From: Marsupella aquatica
Lineage: Eukaryota; Plantae; Marchantiophyta
NCBI GenBank assembly: GCA_973895155.1
Contig: OZ316893.1
Span: 14,848,645-14,912,644, forward strand
DNA: 64,000 nucleotides
Direction of reading: 5' to 3'
Position numbers and translations under genes: made by a program. The notes beneath the pieces were generated by a model that saw only the letters and a list, made by a program, of their open reading frames with translations, made no database searches and had not been told where the DNA came from. This document shows, one piece after another, positions 22,569 through 35,984 of this stretch. Each line of letters begins with the position of its first letter. The stretch's first letter is position 1.

Positions 22569-23674
22569 TAGCCCGGAATGCAGAGATTGAACCAGGGTCT
22601 GCTCTCAAACATGAACCCACCCACTATGCAGAGATCGAACTAGGGACTAGGACTGCGCCTAGACATGAACCCAGCCAGAATCAAACAAACCTTCTCCACA
22701 CCCACAGCCACTCTTGTACCTCCCACACCCGTGAGCATGGAGGGCGAATTGAATGTGAGACGTCACCACTTGGTTCAAGCGATTTGCATTCATTGGACCT
22801 CATCTAAAACCCTTTTGAAGTAGAGTTCATCGTTAGTACAAGAAACGGCTTTGATGAAAAGAAAGACCAAAAGGCCCCTTCTAGCCTCAGATCGCAGGAA
22901 ACAAAGACGGAAGCAGGCAGATGCCTCGTCCACTGGCAAACGTGCAAAAGAATTAACGCTGCCAAACTGGGAGGCCTCTGGGATGATTTGCTTTTGGTGC
23001 AGTAACTTGTGCGAAGCAGTAAAGAGTGAAATGGCATTTTTGACATGTCGGGCTTCAGTCGGGTGGTGGTGATTACAAAAGGTAAACAGGTGAAATTGCT
23101 CAGATTATGGTATGCAGGTCGAAGGACTGTACCTTTTGTCTCCATTGGCATACCTCGAGCTTCGAACCGAGCAGATCGGACAGAATCACCATGCTCTCAA
23201 GTAGAGATCTTGAGTTTCCAGCCTTTCAGACTCTTTCTGGCAAGCTGGTGAAAATCACTGAGCGTCTTATGCATCCTTCACGACCAGAAGATCGTCAGAG
23301 ACATGGGTCCGTTTCATGTAGAATCCTGTTACCTACAAGTGATGCACATTCTTGGGCTAGCTGTAGAAGTGAGGAAGGTAGAGCACAAAGTGTGGAGGAA
23401 CACAACTCGCCCTGCTTATGCAGGACAAGAAAGTTGATTGGATCTTTCGGAAAGCTTGCCATTCTCCCTCAACTCGATCTTTGAGAGAAAAGTATTTATT
23501 GAAGACTAGAGGCTTTGAGACAGGTGAATTTGCAAGCTCAGGCTACCACAAAGAGGCTGGCTTGCATCACACATTGAATAATGTTGTGCAATCGAGCTTT
23601 GCATTGGCAGAATGTTAAATATAGCTGCACCACTTTTATGTGCTGCAGAGAAAATAATGCTCCAATAGGAAGAG

Positions 23675-26600
23675 TTAGGCAGGGGGATACCAAGGGCCAA
23701 CTGTCCCATTCAAATGCCCATTGCCATGGACACTAACTCCATTAGGAATGATGGAAGACATACCAACCACGATGGACGGCGGTGTTCCATACATTCCTAG
23801 AGGTGTATGAAGAGGAGAGTGATTTTGTCCTAGAGAATCCAGATTTACTGTCAACATCTCTCCTCCAGCTTGTCTACGCTGCTGTAAAGTGCGGACTTGC
23901 CTTAGACCCTCGTCATGTATTCTTGCCAGTGTCTCCAGCTCACCCATTGAAAGGGCATCCAAACCAGCTCCATACAGCGGGGCATGACGCGACATTTCTT
24001 CCTGAAGTGATCCTTCCAGTGTTTGAATGTAGTCCTGCAAAGACACCACTCATCAGACTTCTATTGTTTGGGAACAGGTAGCCATAATGCGTATTCTATT
24101 CAGTCTTGTTCAATCAGAGATAAATAAAGTACATCAGCACCCTCACATTCACCCACTCTTCGGATGCTGATATAACTCTTTCATTGTTTCCACTTGAGGG
24201 AGTCAAAACGATGGAAAAACAAATTTTGCATGCCCTTTCGTACTAAGTAATTGGGATTACCCATTTTCAAGCAGAACAGTCACTACGGTGGAAGGAAAAA
24301 GTCAATTGAGCGCCAAAACACGGATTATCGTACCTGCTATAACCATGCAAAACATGGAACAAAGCTATCTTGACAAAGTGACAGATCCAGGCAAACGAGA
24401 AGAAGAACGAACCTGACAAGCATGCAGCTTAGCTTCCATTCCATCAATGTAAGCTTCACACCGCATGACCTGCTCTTCTTTCTCACGCAAACCTCCTTCT
24501 GTTTGCCCAACAGTTTGGGTGAGACGCCGTACTTCGTCTTCCAGGGATTGCCGCACCTCTTCTCTTGTCACTGTTTCTGTTGCGAAGCGCTTCAACTCCT
24601 CATCAAATCTCTTCCGAGCTAATTCCGCATTCTTTAATCTCTCCGCAAGGACATTCTTTTCCTTCATCACTCTCTGACGAAACCCAATCACAAACACATT
24701 TCATGATGTTTAGTAGAATATTAACACAGCAGAGCGGAGCAGTTTTACGGAAGTGTAAATCGTTCAAATATTAGCAACTTTGCCAGCACAATTATGGCAC
24801 GAAAAAATTAAAATTATTTCCAACAACGCTAGATGATCTCCATGCAGGTTAGGAGAAATTTAGGAGAAGTGGCACACACCACTCGACAACTGACTGGCTC
24901 TAAAGAATACTTTCGAACAAAACGGATCATAGGTTTGGCAACCAAAACCACACGACAAACCTTCAGTTCATCACGCTTGCGTGACTTGAGTTGCGCTAGC
25001 TGGGAATCGGATTCTCGCAGGCGATCCTGAAAGGATTTCTTCTCCCCAGCCAGTTTGGCAATCTCTTCATCACGCTCTGACCGGACCCATTCGAGTTGAT
25101 TTTCAGCCTCTCGAAGACGTTCAGCAAAATCTTTCTTTTCACGCCCAAGCCGCTCAACCTCACTTTTCAATTCTCCCTGAGAAACCACACGTCCACTCTT
25201 TCAGCAAATATGTGACAGAACCTCCCAGACAGGTGGCTCAGATAGAATTTATGAAGACTAATGTACGCAGTTCCAGAAAGTAGAATTTCAGTTAACATGA
25301 GAGATCACCAATTTTAGAAAACGGACGAAAGGTGGAGACGAGCTATGGACAAAATAGCTAACTTGAAGGGTCCAGGTCTAGTATACAGAGCCAGGTTCAA
25401 TTCAGGTCAGCGCCATAGGTGTAGATACCTTTACTCTGCTCTGTGCTGCATCAGAGTCAGAAATTCGTTGCGACAGAGTTGCCTTCTCCCTAGCAAGTCG
25501 ACTGATTTCACCCTGTCTATCTGTGCGAGCTCGATTAGTTTCTTCTTCAGAATTCCGTAACTGTTGCCACAAAGCATTGCGATCAGCATTGGCTAGTTCC
25601 ACAGCCTCTCGCATCATGCTCAGAACCGGACGAGCAGTACCCTCCTCCTCTCTGACCAAAAATGTGAGAATGTCCATGCCAAGCTCCACTTCATGTGCTC
25701 CACTTGTGCTAATCGTTGCCCGCTCCACTAGCCCCCTCAGCATCCGTTCACGATAACCTTCGTCTCCATACACTTTGAACATCACAGCATAAAGAGTGCT
25801 AACAAATTCCCTCACTCGGATATCCCTCGACAGGGATAAGGCTTCTGCTAGCCCAAGCACTGCTGGGAAATCATCCTCATCGTCTGGGAGTGACGACGAC
25901 AAGTTCACTGCACCAGGAATCAAAGGATCTGGAGGCTGGGCAACACCGCCCATGCTGCTGTGGCGTGGATCCATGATTAGCCTTTGAGAGCGGCGTCTTT
26001 CCAACACCATTACCACAGATTGTTCCCCAAATGCACCCCTTGCAATTGCTTGCTCAAACACTCGCTGTGCTTCTAACCTTAACGAAGGTACTGTAAGCAT
26101 CTCCACTAAGATATCCACATCCGAGACACGCCAGCAAGCCGCTGCCACCTGCTCTGCTGCGGCCTGAAGCTGTTCAGCTGCACCACCACCATCTCGGTCG
26201 GCAAACACAAGGGCGGGGGCTGGTGAGGTAATGTCATTCTCACTACACTCACAATCAGTATCAATATCTCTAAGGAGAGCTTCTGCCACATCTGTCCGGC
26301 TACAAACCGTGCTTCTTACCACATCCAGTACTCGAGGAGAAACGGCTGGGCCCAGCTTTTTTAGCCTTCCCCTTACTGCCATCGCCTGCATCACACAATG
26401 ATAATTTGGAAGTGAGATTCTCATCCAACCATGAAGAAGTTCTGCACAACACAAGACTCATCATCCTGTTCAACCCCGTGAACCAAGACTCTGAGCTATG
26501 AATCGGTGCTTGCTAACAATCTAGGACATCAAATTGTGACTGTCAGAGCTTAAGAGATGTACCGCTCGAGGTAACTGCTGACATTCAGCAGCAGCTTTGA

Positions 26601-29600
26601 ACACAAAGCTCAAAACTGCCGCAAGAGGTTCCTCATTTGAATCTGGTAATATTTCAAGAGCCTGTTGCAAAACTTGTTCCCATACGTCACTCCCAACCTC
26701 CATCTGGCTGAGAGCTCCAAGAACCTGTACCATAAAGGCATAGAGCATGAAAACTTGCACAAACCATAGCCTGAAGTTGTGATCAACGGATTAAGACACC
26801 AAAATCAAGGAAAACTATCGTGCCACAGAACCCCTAAAGAATCTCGTGACTACATTTCAGGAAACACATGGATGCACAAGAAACGAGTGACTGACGAACA
26901 AACTTCCGTATTTAATATACATAAAACATAAAGAGGCATGTCCGTACTGGAAGCCGCAATCCAGGCTCTGCATCAGGTTTTTGAAGACGCTCAAGCAGGG
27001 CATAAGCTGCCAACGAGTGTTCAGACAAGTCCACAAGCTTTGGCACCAGAGCAATAAGATCCGGCTGCAAATGCTTCGGGGCTTTTTCTAGAACAAGGGC
27101 AATCTTCTGTGCTGATTGAGGTCTTCGTCGCGGTTCAGGACAACCTTGCGGTACAGCCCCGTCAAGGGCCCTAAGAGAGTTGACTATAAGACCAAGCAGC
27201 TCATCGGATTGCTCTGGCCACTTTGGCTGCATCAATCAATCATGAAAACAGAGAACTTATATGAGTCGGGCACACATCTGGGGACAATAAGGTATACTCA
27301 TTCAGGCTTGGATACATGGAAGGCAAGTATAACATCACATCACGTCATTCATCACCTCTGATACTGTAGTGAACATCAATTATTCACAGAGAGAGAGAGC
27401 AGACAGCTGTGTCAGGGTGCAAGTAACTTACCTTGTGTGCGTGATTTACATTCTCTACTACAGGAGCCTCTTGAACAGCAGGAGGCTCCGGATGCAGAGG
27501 GACAGGCACAGCTGCAGCCCTTCCCACCGGCCCATCCATTGCCGACGAGTCACTGCTTTGCACTGCCTGAGTCCCCGCAACCCCATCAAGTCCAATCTCC
27601 AGTCGCTGGTCAATGAGGTTCAGTCCATTTTCCCTGGTGTCCAAGGTTGCACCACCTGAGCCCGCTCCTCCTCTCCAGTCAACCCCACTTTTACTACTGA
27701 CGACGCTGTTCAACTCAGAGAGGCCCCGAACCTTAACTTCTGAGTACTCTGAGCTGCTTTTCTTCCCCTCTGATGGTTGACAGCACTCTACCATGATATC
27801 CAGCAGCAAGTCAACTATTGCCTGCTGCAGAACTTTCACCCCCATGAGCAAGTTCATTAAGCTTGGAGACGTGGCCTCGCCTTTGCTGCCACTGTTACTC
27901 TTCCCTCCAGCGGAATTTACAGGTGACACTTTTGTAGGTAATAGCAATCGCTTAACTTTTGCAGGGTCATCCAGGTAAACACGAAGCCCGGCTAGAAAGG
28001 CTGCTACTGCCCCTGCATCCATCAACAACTTCTCCCGGAGTGTGACTTGCAATTGAGAGGGGTCTAGAAGGAGTGGTGGGTTGTCACCATAACTCAAATG
28101 GAAACCAGCTCTTGCCAGCAAACTCCTGAATATGTCCTCCTCGTCCCCGCTGATGCCTTCACTGTCATCCGAGTCAAGCAGTTCATCCGGATCTGTTGAA
28201 AGTGCATCCTGTTCATCATCTGAAATCAGAACCTGCAGGACAAGGATACGTACTTTCCTTGAATAAAGAGCGTATGTCTGACAACAACAGGGAGGATATA
28301 AACTACTTGTACATTCCCAATCCATCTGACTACAAATATTAAGCGCATCTAAGCCACCCTGTTTCTTTAATGGCTGATATCCTCATCTCTATCCGGCAAA
28401 CTATTTCCTGTATTAGAAGTAATGGAATCATGAGCTTCACATATGGCCCTTGTTTTTAGTAACAACTACTTTTCCTACGGGAGATGCCAAAGAGGGACTT
28501 ATTACCTCAAGGTCAGAAAACTCGAACCACGGGCAGCAGTCCAGAATTTCACATACAAAGACCACAGTGTCACGGACAAGGAACCCTGCATCGGGCTCAA
28601 CCATGTCTGACACCTTCATGAACTGAAGGACCGAGTTATTCCAAGTTTTAGTGCATATGGATGACTCCTTCCAAACAGTTCGATCGGCATGTTTCTGATT
28701 CACAACTGCCATTCTGTATCTGACCCAGAAGTTCCGGTCAGGATCAGCTCCAATGGATTGGTCACTCTCTAGGTAGATGCAGAGAGTATCGAAGGATTCG
28801 TATACACCTAAAAGTACAATCGAGTGAAGTTCACAAGTTAGCACTCACACATTTCTTACGCCAATCTCATAACGTAAAGACTTTGCAACGACACTCCTAA
28901 TTGCAAGGACCAAGGTGGAAAATCGGCAGTTAAGGAAAGGTCACGGAATGAATATACACAAGCACGACGCAACAGGCAAACAGATGGGCATGTCACTGTC
29001 ATTCAATATTTGAACTTATCCAAAGAAGTGCCCTATGATAACAATCCTGTCACTAACAATCTCTCCCCCAAAGAAAAGGATGACAAAAATTGCGCAATGT
29101 CCAGCATTTGACAATCACAAAGTGCACAACACTGTAATCATGGTTCAGCTCCTTGATCAATAAATGTCACTGTTTCATGTGCCTCAAGCTTTCACAGATC
29201 ATGAGCAAGGGGTTGCCCACAAAGCAAAACCCACCAATCCGAAGTTCACAACCACCAGCCTGGAAGAACTTGCTGAAAATCTTCCGAGTTTCCATAATCT
29301 CCTTGAACGCCAGGAAATTCTCCACTCGCCAGGTAAATGTCCCCCGATTGACAATCCTGCCAGTTTCGTTCCCTGTAGTTGTCGAAGATGAATCAACCTC
29401 GTAGTCTGGTAGCTCAAGCATGGTAGACGTCTCTTTAAGAATGAGAACCTCTGCTGAAAATACCACCATGTCTTGCACAAGAAAGCCCGAATCCTGGTCA
29501 AAAAGACTAGTCAAAGTGACGAATTCTCTCCAACCCCAGTCCTTCGCAGCCTTGGAATAACGATTTTGAGACTCTTTGGTTACTGAACGTTCATCCGATC

Positions 29601-32202
29601 GCTGATTGACCACTGATAGACGATGACTAACGAAGCAGCTCCAATCAGCTGCCGTATTCCGAGGATCTGTGACCTCCAAGAACATTGACAGGTGACATGG
29701 GGGTTGCGATTGCCCTGGTTCAAAAACAAACTTGCTTTAGATGCCCCACACATAAATGTCGATAAGTCCAGATCACATTCCAAAATTGATAATCTATTTC
29801 ACTAAAATCCGTGGAACGTCTCTGAGGTGCAAACCCCACATTACAGCTAAGTAGATGTTGACTATAAAGTTCGCACAGAGATGGGAAATGCCAATGATGA
29901 GTTAGGAAGACAAACTCCAAAGGAAGCCTATGACTGCCTGGAAGAGTCAAAACTTGTAAAACGTGACAAATGAGCAATCAAGACTATTCAATCTCTGGCA
30001 ATACCCACATTCTAAAACCCTAACATGTCCGTACACCTGGTTATGCGTACCTCGAGGATAGACAATAAGTCGGCAGTCTCGGTTCCCAACCTGGAATCGG
30101 CGACTCTTAATGCAGAGTCCTGTAATCTTTCGCTTCTTCAAGAGATCTTTTAATCTGGTGAAGTTTTCTATTCTCCACATAAACTTACCTTGATATCCAT
30201 CACTCTTTTTAGCACTCGCCCTTCCTCCAACAGGCCCTAAATTTTTAGAAAAAGTACTAGATTCCTTAATAACATGGAATGAGGCACTAAAAACAGCAGT
30301 GTCATCTACTAGATATCCCATTTCAGGAGCCACAAAGTCTGCCATTTTCATGTAGTCGTTCCAGCCGAGACTCGTGTTGTCACCACTCTTGTTGTCCGCA
30401 GCAAATCTACCATAAGAATCCCGGTGCATATGGTTCATCCCTGCCCGTTGATTAAGTACAGACATACGAAAGAGGCACCAGCAACTCCTTTCTGGCACAA
30501 CTGATTTTTCTGTGTCCTTACTCTCCAAACACATGGACAAATAGTCCACACCAGACACAGATGATTGGTATACGCTTAACCGTAGGTTGCATTCTCCTGC
30601 TGGAAATACAGGGCTCATTATCTTTTGGGTCTTAATCATTTCCTTAAACAGAGAAAGATTGTGCACTTTCCAAGTAAACTTGCCACTCAGAACCTCGGGA
30701 ACCGGCCCAACGGTTGCTGGCAGCTCATTCTCTCGGGAGAAAGACACCGACTCATGCAAAACCAAAATCTCCGCGGTGATCAAGACTGCCTCGTTCACCA
30801 CAAACCCAGCCTTCGAATCCAAAACTGTTGAAGAGGGAGTAAAATCACACCAACCATGCGACTTCTTCTTTGAGGAAAACCGGTGCCATGAATCTCTCTG
30901 AATTGACTTCCCCTCATCTCGTTGATTTACCACGCACAACCTATAACTTGCAAAGCAATCCCACTTGGACGATGAGGAACCCCTGGGATCTGTGACCTGC
31001 AAGTAGATGGAAAGATATCCTGGTAGCGCTTGCGAATCCCCCTTTGGATAGACCAGCAGACGGCAATCATAGCCTCCAACCTCAAAATATCGGCTCCATA
31101 ATGCTCGAGCTTTCACCTTTAGGCCACAATGATGGTGTAAAAAGGCATGTTAGTCGGATCCAAAGGACAACAGAACACTCCGCCCAAAAACCGACAATGC
31201 ACCATGTTGACCTACAGAATCAACGTAAACCTACGCGACAATCATATTCCTCGGGATGTTCAGGTACAATTGGCGTGTCCAATGATCCCCACCCGACGAA
31301 GACCCTGTTTCCAACCCTGGGGTGGGATCTTGAGAGCCTCTTAGTTCCACCCGCAATGAAGTATAGGGAAAATCTTGGATCACATACGACAACAATCTTT
31401 TTTCACTAACCGGAAACTCCGAACAGTTTAGTTGAGAAGCACATATTGACTGTAATGCAGGGCAGTAGATAAAGCTACCAACTTCGGCAAGCGCAAGAAA
31501 CCTCCGTCGCGGAATCAGCAGATCCCCCCAAAATTAAGAAAACGAGATCCAAAATCTATTGGGTTTGACGACACATGCAGTCAATCCGAAAGCGGTTTTC
31601 GTACAGGGTATAAAAGATTTGCTCTGGGCATCTCACGAAGAGGGAAAAAAACGAGGATCGACGTGATCATGTTAAATGCCAACGACAGAATTTCGCCGAG
31701 AACGAATCCCACTAGATTAGAAAATCACAAAATGAATCGAATCGCCCCAGAGATCAAAAGATCTGGTAGAACACCCATCCATCGCCAAAGTTGGAGCCCC
31801 GGAAGCATACATGCCCAAATTGGAGACCACGTGGTGTGAGTGCCTCATTGCCCCGGGAGCCCTATCTACATGTCAAATCCTGAAAGATCCGCGTGAGAAC
31901 GCATAATTGCTCCTCTCTGAGAATAGGGACACCGACAGGGACATGTTTCGGATGTGGGATTGCAAAACAATTACCTTAGAAAACTGCGAAATTGTCCACT
32001 TGCAAACTGCAGCATGCTCTCCTTTCTTCTCCACTATGACAGACTCCTGTCCTCCCTCTCGCGGTTGCTCCTCTCCATTCTCTCCTCCTCTGGCCACACT
32101 CTTCTCCTGCCGCAACGTCGACATTGTCGCGGTGGAATTCTCCACCGCCATTGCCACCGCCGCTGGAGCTTCCAACTGAGCTCCTTCTGCGATCTGATTC
32201 AT
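23675..32202 (-). CDS. Multi-MATH (TRAF-like) domain protein with C-terminal coiled coil, AT2G25320-like
   Basis: 11 GT-AG exons: 32202-31975, 31116-30051, 29714-29235, 28807-28506, 28232-27432, 27226-26948, 26724-26563, 26385-25429, 25176-24961, 24673-24413, 24034-23675. Four MATH domains (LWSRYFEVGGYDCRLLVYPKGD; GKFTWKVHN; GKFMWRIENF; GTFTWRVENF), an E/R/K-rich coiled coil, and a tail RHAPLYGAGLDALSMGELETLARIH. Confidence 0.93.
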
Positions 32203-33544
32203 GCTTTTCCCTTCTCAGTCACATCTCATCTCCACGCCCCACCCTTCAGGAGAGCGGCCGCGGAGGGTCTGCGCGCCTTGCATTAGCCCAAACCCTAACT
32301 GATCTCCCTTCCGACATTCTGTGCCTACTCCTTTGTTTGCTGCCTGCCTGCCTCCTCTTTTTATCTCTCTCGCTCTCCCCCCTCTCTCCTTCTGTCACTC
32401 TCTATCTCTCTCCCCAACTACCAACAAACAAACCGAACGACCACAAATGTCTCAACCAAAAACCCCACCGAAAAACCTCCCTCCCTGTTCCTCGGAGGAA
32501 TCCTCACTAGTCCTCTTCTGACACCGTGCTTCAGAATTTCTAGAATCCCACTGGATCTTCAATTTCGCTTCTTCGAATCGATCACTCCCTTGAATCAATG
32601 TCTCAGGGACCTTCTTTTTCTTCCTCACAAAATCTATCTAAGCTACTTTAGTGTAATCTAATCTTCTTCTTCTTCACCGTAGCTCCACCTCCTCCCTATT
32701 CCTCTTTTCTATCGCGGATCCTTACTGGTGAGGGTAAGGCGAGGGTTTTTGAGAATGGGGAAAGGGGAATCCAAGAGACTCCTACTACTACAGCACTACG
32801 CGTCGGTCAAAAAAATGGAGTACTTACATCGATTATCAATAGGGGCTTTCCGTCCACATCATTCCTTGGTTCATCTGTACAAACTAAAAACCCCACTCCC
32901 TCACTATCACTCTCTTTCCTTCCATTCAGGCTTTCCCTGCCTGCCTATCCTTTGACTCCCTTGACGAATCTCCGTCGTGGTTCCGAGAGGAAAGAAAATA
33001 TATCTTTGGACATGTCGACCAGAACCGCAAAACCAGTGAAGGCAGCAGCTGCAAAACAGAACCGCAAAACCCACTCAAAGCAGCTCCACAAGGTTTTCCT
33101 TCCCTTGCGTTGCCTTGCCTTGCCTTTGCCTTGGTCTACTGTACTTTGCCGCTGCCGGGGCTTTGCTTGATAGATGTCTGGAGAGACAGCGAGAGGGGGA
33201 GAGAAAGAGGCCAATGCGTTTCTCCTCCTCTCTTCTTTCTTTCGGGGCCTTCTTCTAGACTCCTACCTCCAAAATGCTGCCACCGTCCCTACCTTCTTCC
33301 TTGGCCGACGCGATGGATGGATCTCCAACGCAGCAGCTGCACTTTTTCTTCTTCATCATCTCCTCCTCCTCCCTCCCCCCTCCCGTTGAATCTCTCCCTT
33401 CGTTTTCTTTCTAGGGGCGCACTTTCTCTCTCGTTCTTTTTCTCTCTCGCTCGCGCTCTCTCTCCGAAACTCTGAACGTGTGTTTCCTTCGTTCCTCTGC
33501 CACAGCAGCGCCTGCCAAATGCACGAAATGACGACGGGGGAAGG

Positions 33545-33581
33545 GAACGGCCAGAGGAACGGCCAGAGGAACGGCCAGAGG
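33545..33581. repeat. 3 x 12 bp tandem repeat (GAACGGCCAGAG)
   Basis: Direct reading; upstream of the MATH gene. Confidence 0.9.
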
Positions 33582-34935
33582 CAGGGAAAACAGCCAGTAG
33601 TGCTGCGAGTGACGTCCGTCAACGACTCTCCGTCGGCCCGTCCGTCCTTCGTGACTGCACTTGACGACGGCCCGCTGTCGCAGTCGAGCGCAACACATCG
33701 CGCCCTGGTCAGCCTCTGAGGGTTGCGGCAACGGCGACGAGCGTGTGGGGTGCCGTAACATTTGGTCCTCACATGACCTCAGTGAGAGGAGGGAGAAGAC
33801 ACGCCTCTGGTACACCAGGCAAGCCAGCCAACTATGCTGACGGTAGTACGCTCCATCTAACCTGAGTCACTCTTTTTGGATGTCATTGGACGAGTTAGGT
33901 ACTTTGGCCTTTACCGTGTTTTGGTCTGGCCTTGACTCACTCAGCGTACCATATCAAATTTTACTTCCCTTCTACTGTAAGTAAAGCACCCCATTCAAGA
34001 CAAAAGATTAGAAAAGCCTCGGCTGAACCAGGCGGCTCACCAAAGCAAGCCATGTGGTTACAATAAACTCAACTAATAGTAAGAGTTCATATGGTTTTGA
34101 CAATATGTTCCGGATATTATCAGCCCCCATCACAATATTGAACTAAAGTTGAGCAAATAAACTAAACATTGTAGTTACAATCACTACTAGGTATGGAATT
34201 ACCAGGTACTAATTACAAAATGAGGATAATAACTAGGTTTGTGACCAAAGTGCTCTTTGGTCACTTACCTTTGTGATTTTTCTCTATGTATTTTCAGGGC
34301 ATTCTTGGAGGAACATGCTGCCAAGATTTGTATCAACTTATAATGAAGATTCTCTTCTGCTTTTATTGAATTCAGTAAAAATAAAAATCTTGTAGGCCTT
34401 TAAGTGTATTATGGTCATGCTATCAAAACATTATGGGCAATCAGAACCCCTCACAACTCCAGCTAAAGCTCTCATTTTGGGGGGCATTATAACTCACAAA
34501 TACTCTGTAAACATGAGTTGACTACCCACAAGAAGATTGACCTAATGTCTCTTTTGTTTTTTTCCTTGGATGCCGTTTTTTGCTCTTTGACAGTGTTCTA
34601 TATATAATTAAATCTATTTGATACATGTGGGAATATTCCCTACTACTTTACCTTGGGGATATTGTATTGACTTTCGATATCCCTATACTATTACTTCACT
34701 ACTATTAGGGGGACTCAAATATAGACCCTCTTTGCTGCTTTGCACTAAAGGGCCATAGCCGTAACATGGCCCTGTTGGTGAGTTTGACTGGTGCAGAAAA
34801 GAGGCCAATGTCTAAACAGCCAGGCCGCGGTGAGGGGAACTGGCCATCAGGAAATGGTAAAATCCTGCAACACAAGTGTGTGGGCTAGGATCAGAGAACC
34901 CCCGCATATCTGTCCGCCACACCCCTCCAAGCCTA

Positions 34936-34969
34936 AACCTGGACTAGGTAAGACTGCCTAGTCCAGGTT
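34936..34969. repeat. Perfect 13-bp-stem hairpin
   Basis: aacctggactagg-taagactg-cctagtccaggtt. Confidence 0.85.
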
Positions 34970-35984
34970 ATATTCTAGGTTATATTTGAGGCCCCTTATT
35001 ACGCCACTTCGTTCACTCAATGCGAGTAAACTGGAAGGTAAAGATGCAGCCGCCTGGAGGCTGAAGGACACAACTTTTATTGCAACAAGACCGTAGACGG
35101 TGCAAGCACCGTCCATCCGTAGTCCGGTGCTATGCCGTAAACTTGTGAGCGTAGAACCTGCTGTGCATCACGTGCCGTAGACGAAATGCGTCCGTCCACG
35201 CGTCCGTGCTACCGTTCGTCCTGGCGTTTTCAGGGTAGCGGCTCGTGATGAGGGTTTCCGGAGAAATGCCGTATTGTCAATCCGGCCAAGGCCTGGGGAT
35301 CAGGAGAAAGGCATCTTGGACGGGCATGAGTCATCAGCGTTGGGACGGCCCAGCCAGCACAGGACGAACCCTAAATGTAGGAACGCCCTAAAGAGTCTTC
35401 CTGGGGGCTCATCCGTGTGGTTCCCACAAGCCACCGGACAGCGCAGTCTAGAGTAGGTCGTCTGGTCGTCCCGGTGGTTTCCGCGATTCTCGGTACACGG
35501 GCCACAAGGCACTCGGGCCCTTCCAAAAAGAAGGAACCCTTGCAGGAGGACCTGTACCTAAAACTCCTATGACGGGTCCTTTCGTCCCCAGGTAGGAACT
35601 TGTATATTCTCACCTTTTTAACACTATCCCCTTTAGAATTTGAAGTTGGGATGGACCAGACATTTTCTTGTGGGCAAAAATTAGTCAATCACTTGCCTAA
35701 AAATAAGCAGGCGTACGATTAGGGGGCTGAAATTTAAAAGCATTATGTTTCTTCTGCCACCACCTAATGCAAGATGGGGGAGTGTTAGCCAGGAAATACT
35801 CTGCACTAGTCAGAAAGTACTGTATATTTAAAATAAAATACTCTGTAACCAGACTTGTGCTTGTTTATAATATTTTAAAACCAAAAAAATGGCTGGTGGG
35901 GACACACACTTTTGACATTCCCAGTTGCATGAAAGCAGAAAATTTGCAATGTCATGATATGCAAGTAGGAGGACCTTTACCTAA

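Noticed and set aside
22575-22680. tRNA-derived SINE (reverse-strand GTTCGATC B-box-like)
   Set aside because: No A-box at proper spacing, no tail and no TSD; it is just a ~50-bp duplication.
32945-33815. Overlapping ORFs upstream of the MATH gene
   Set aside because: Low-complexity CT/GA-rich leader and promoter sequence with no protein family signal.
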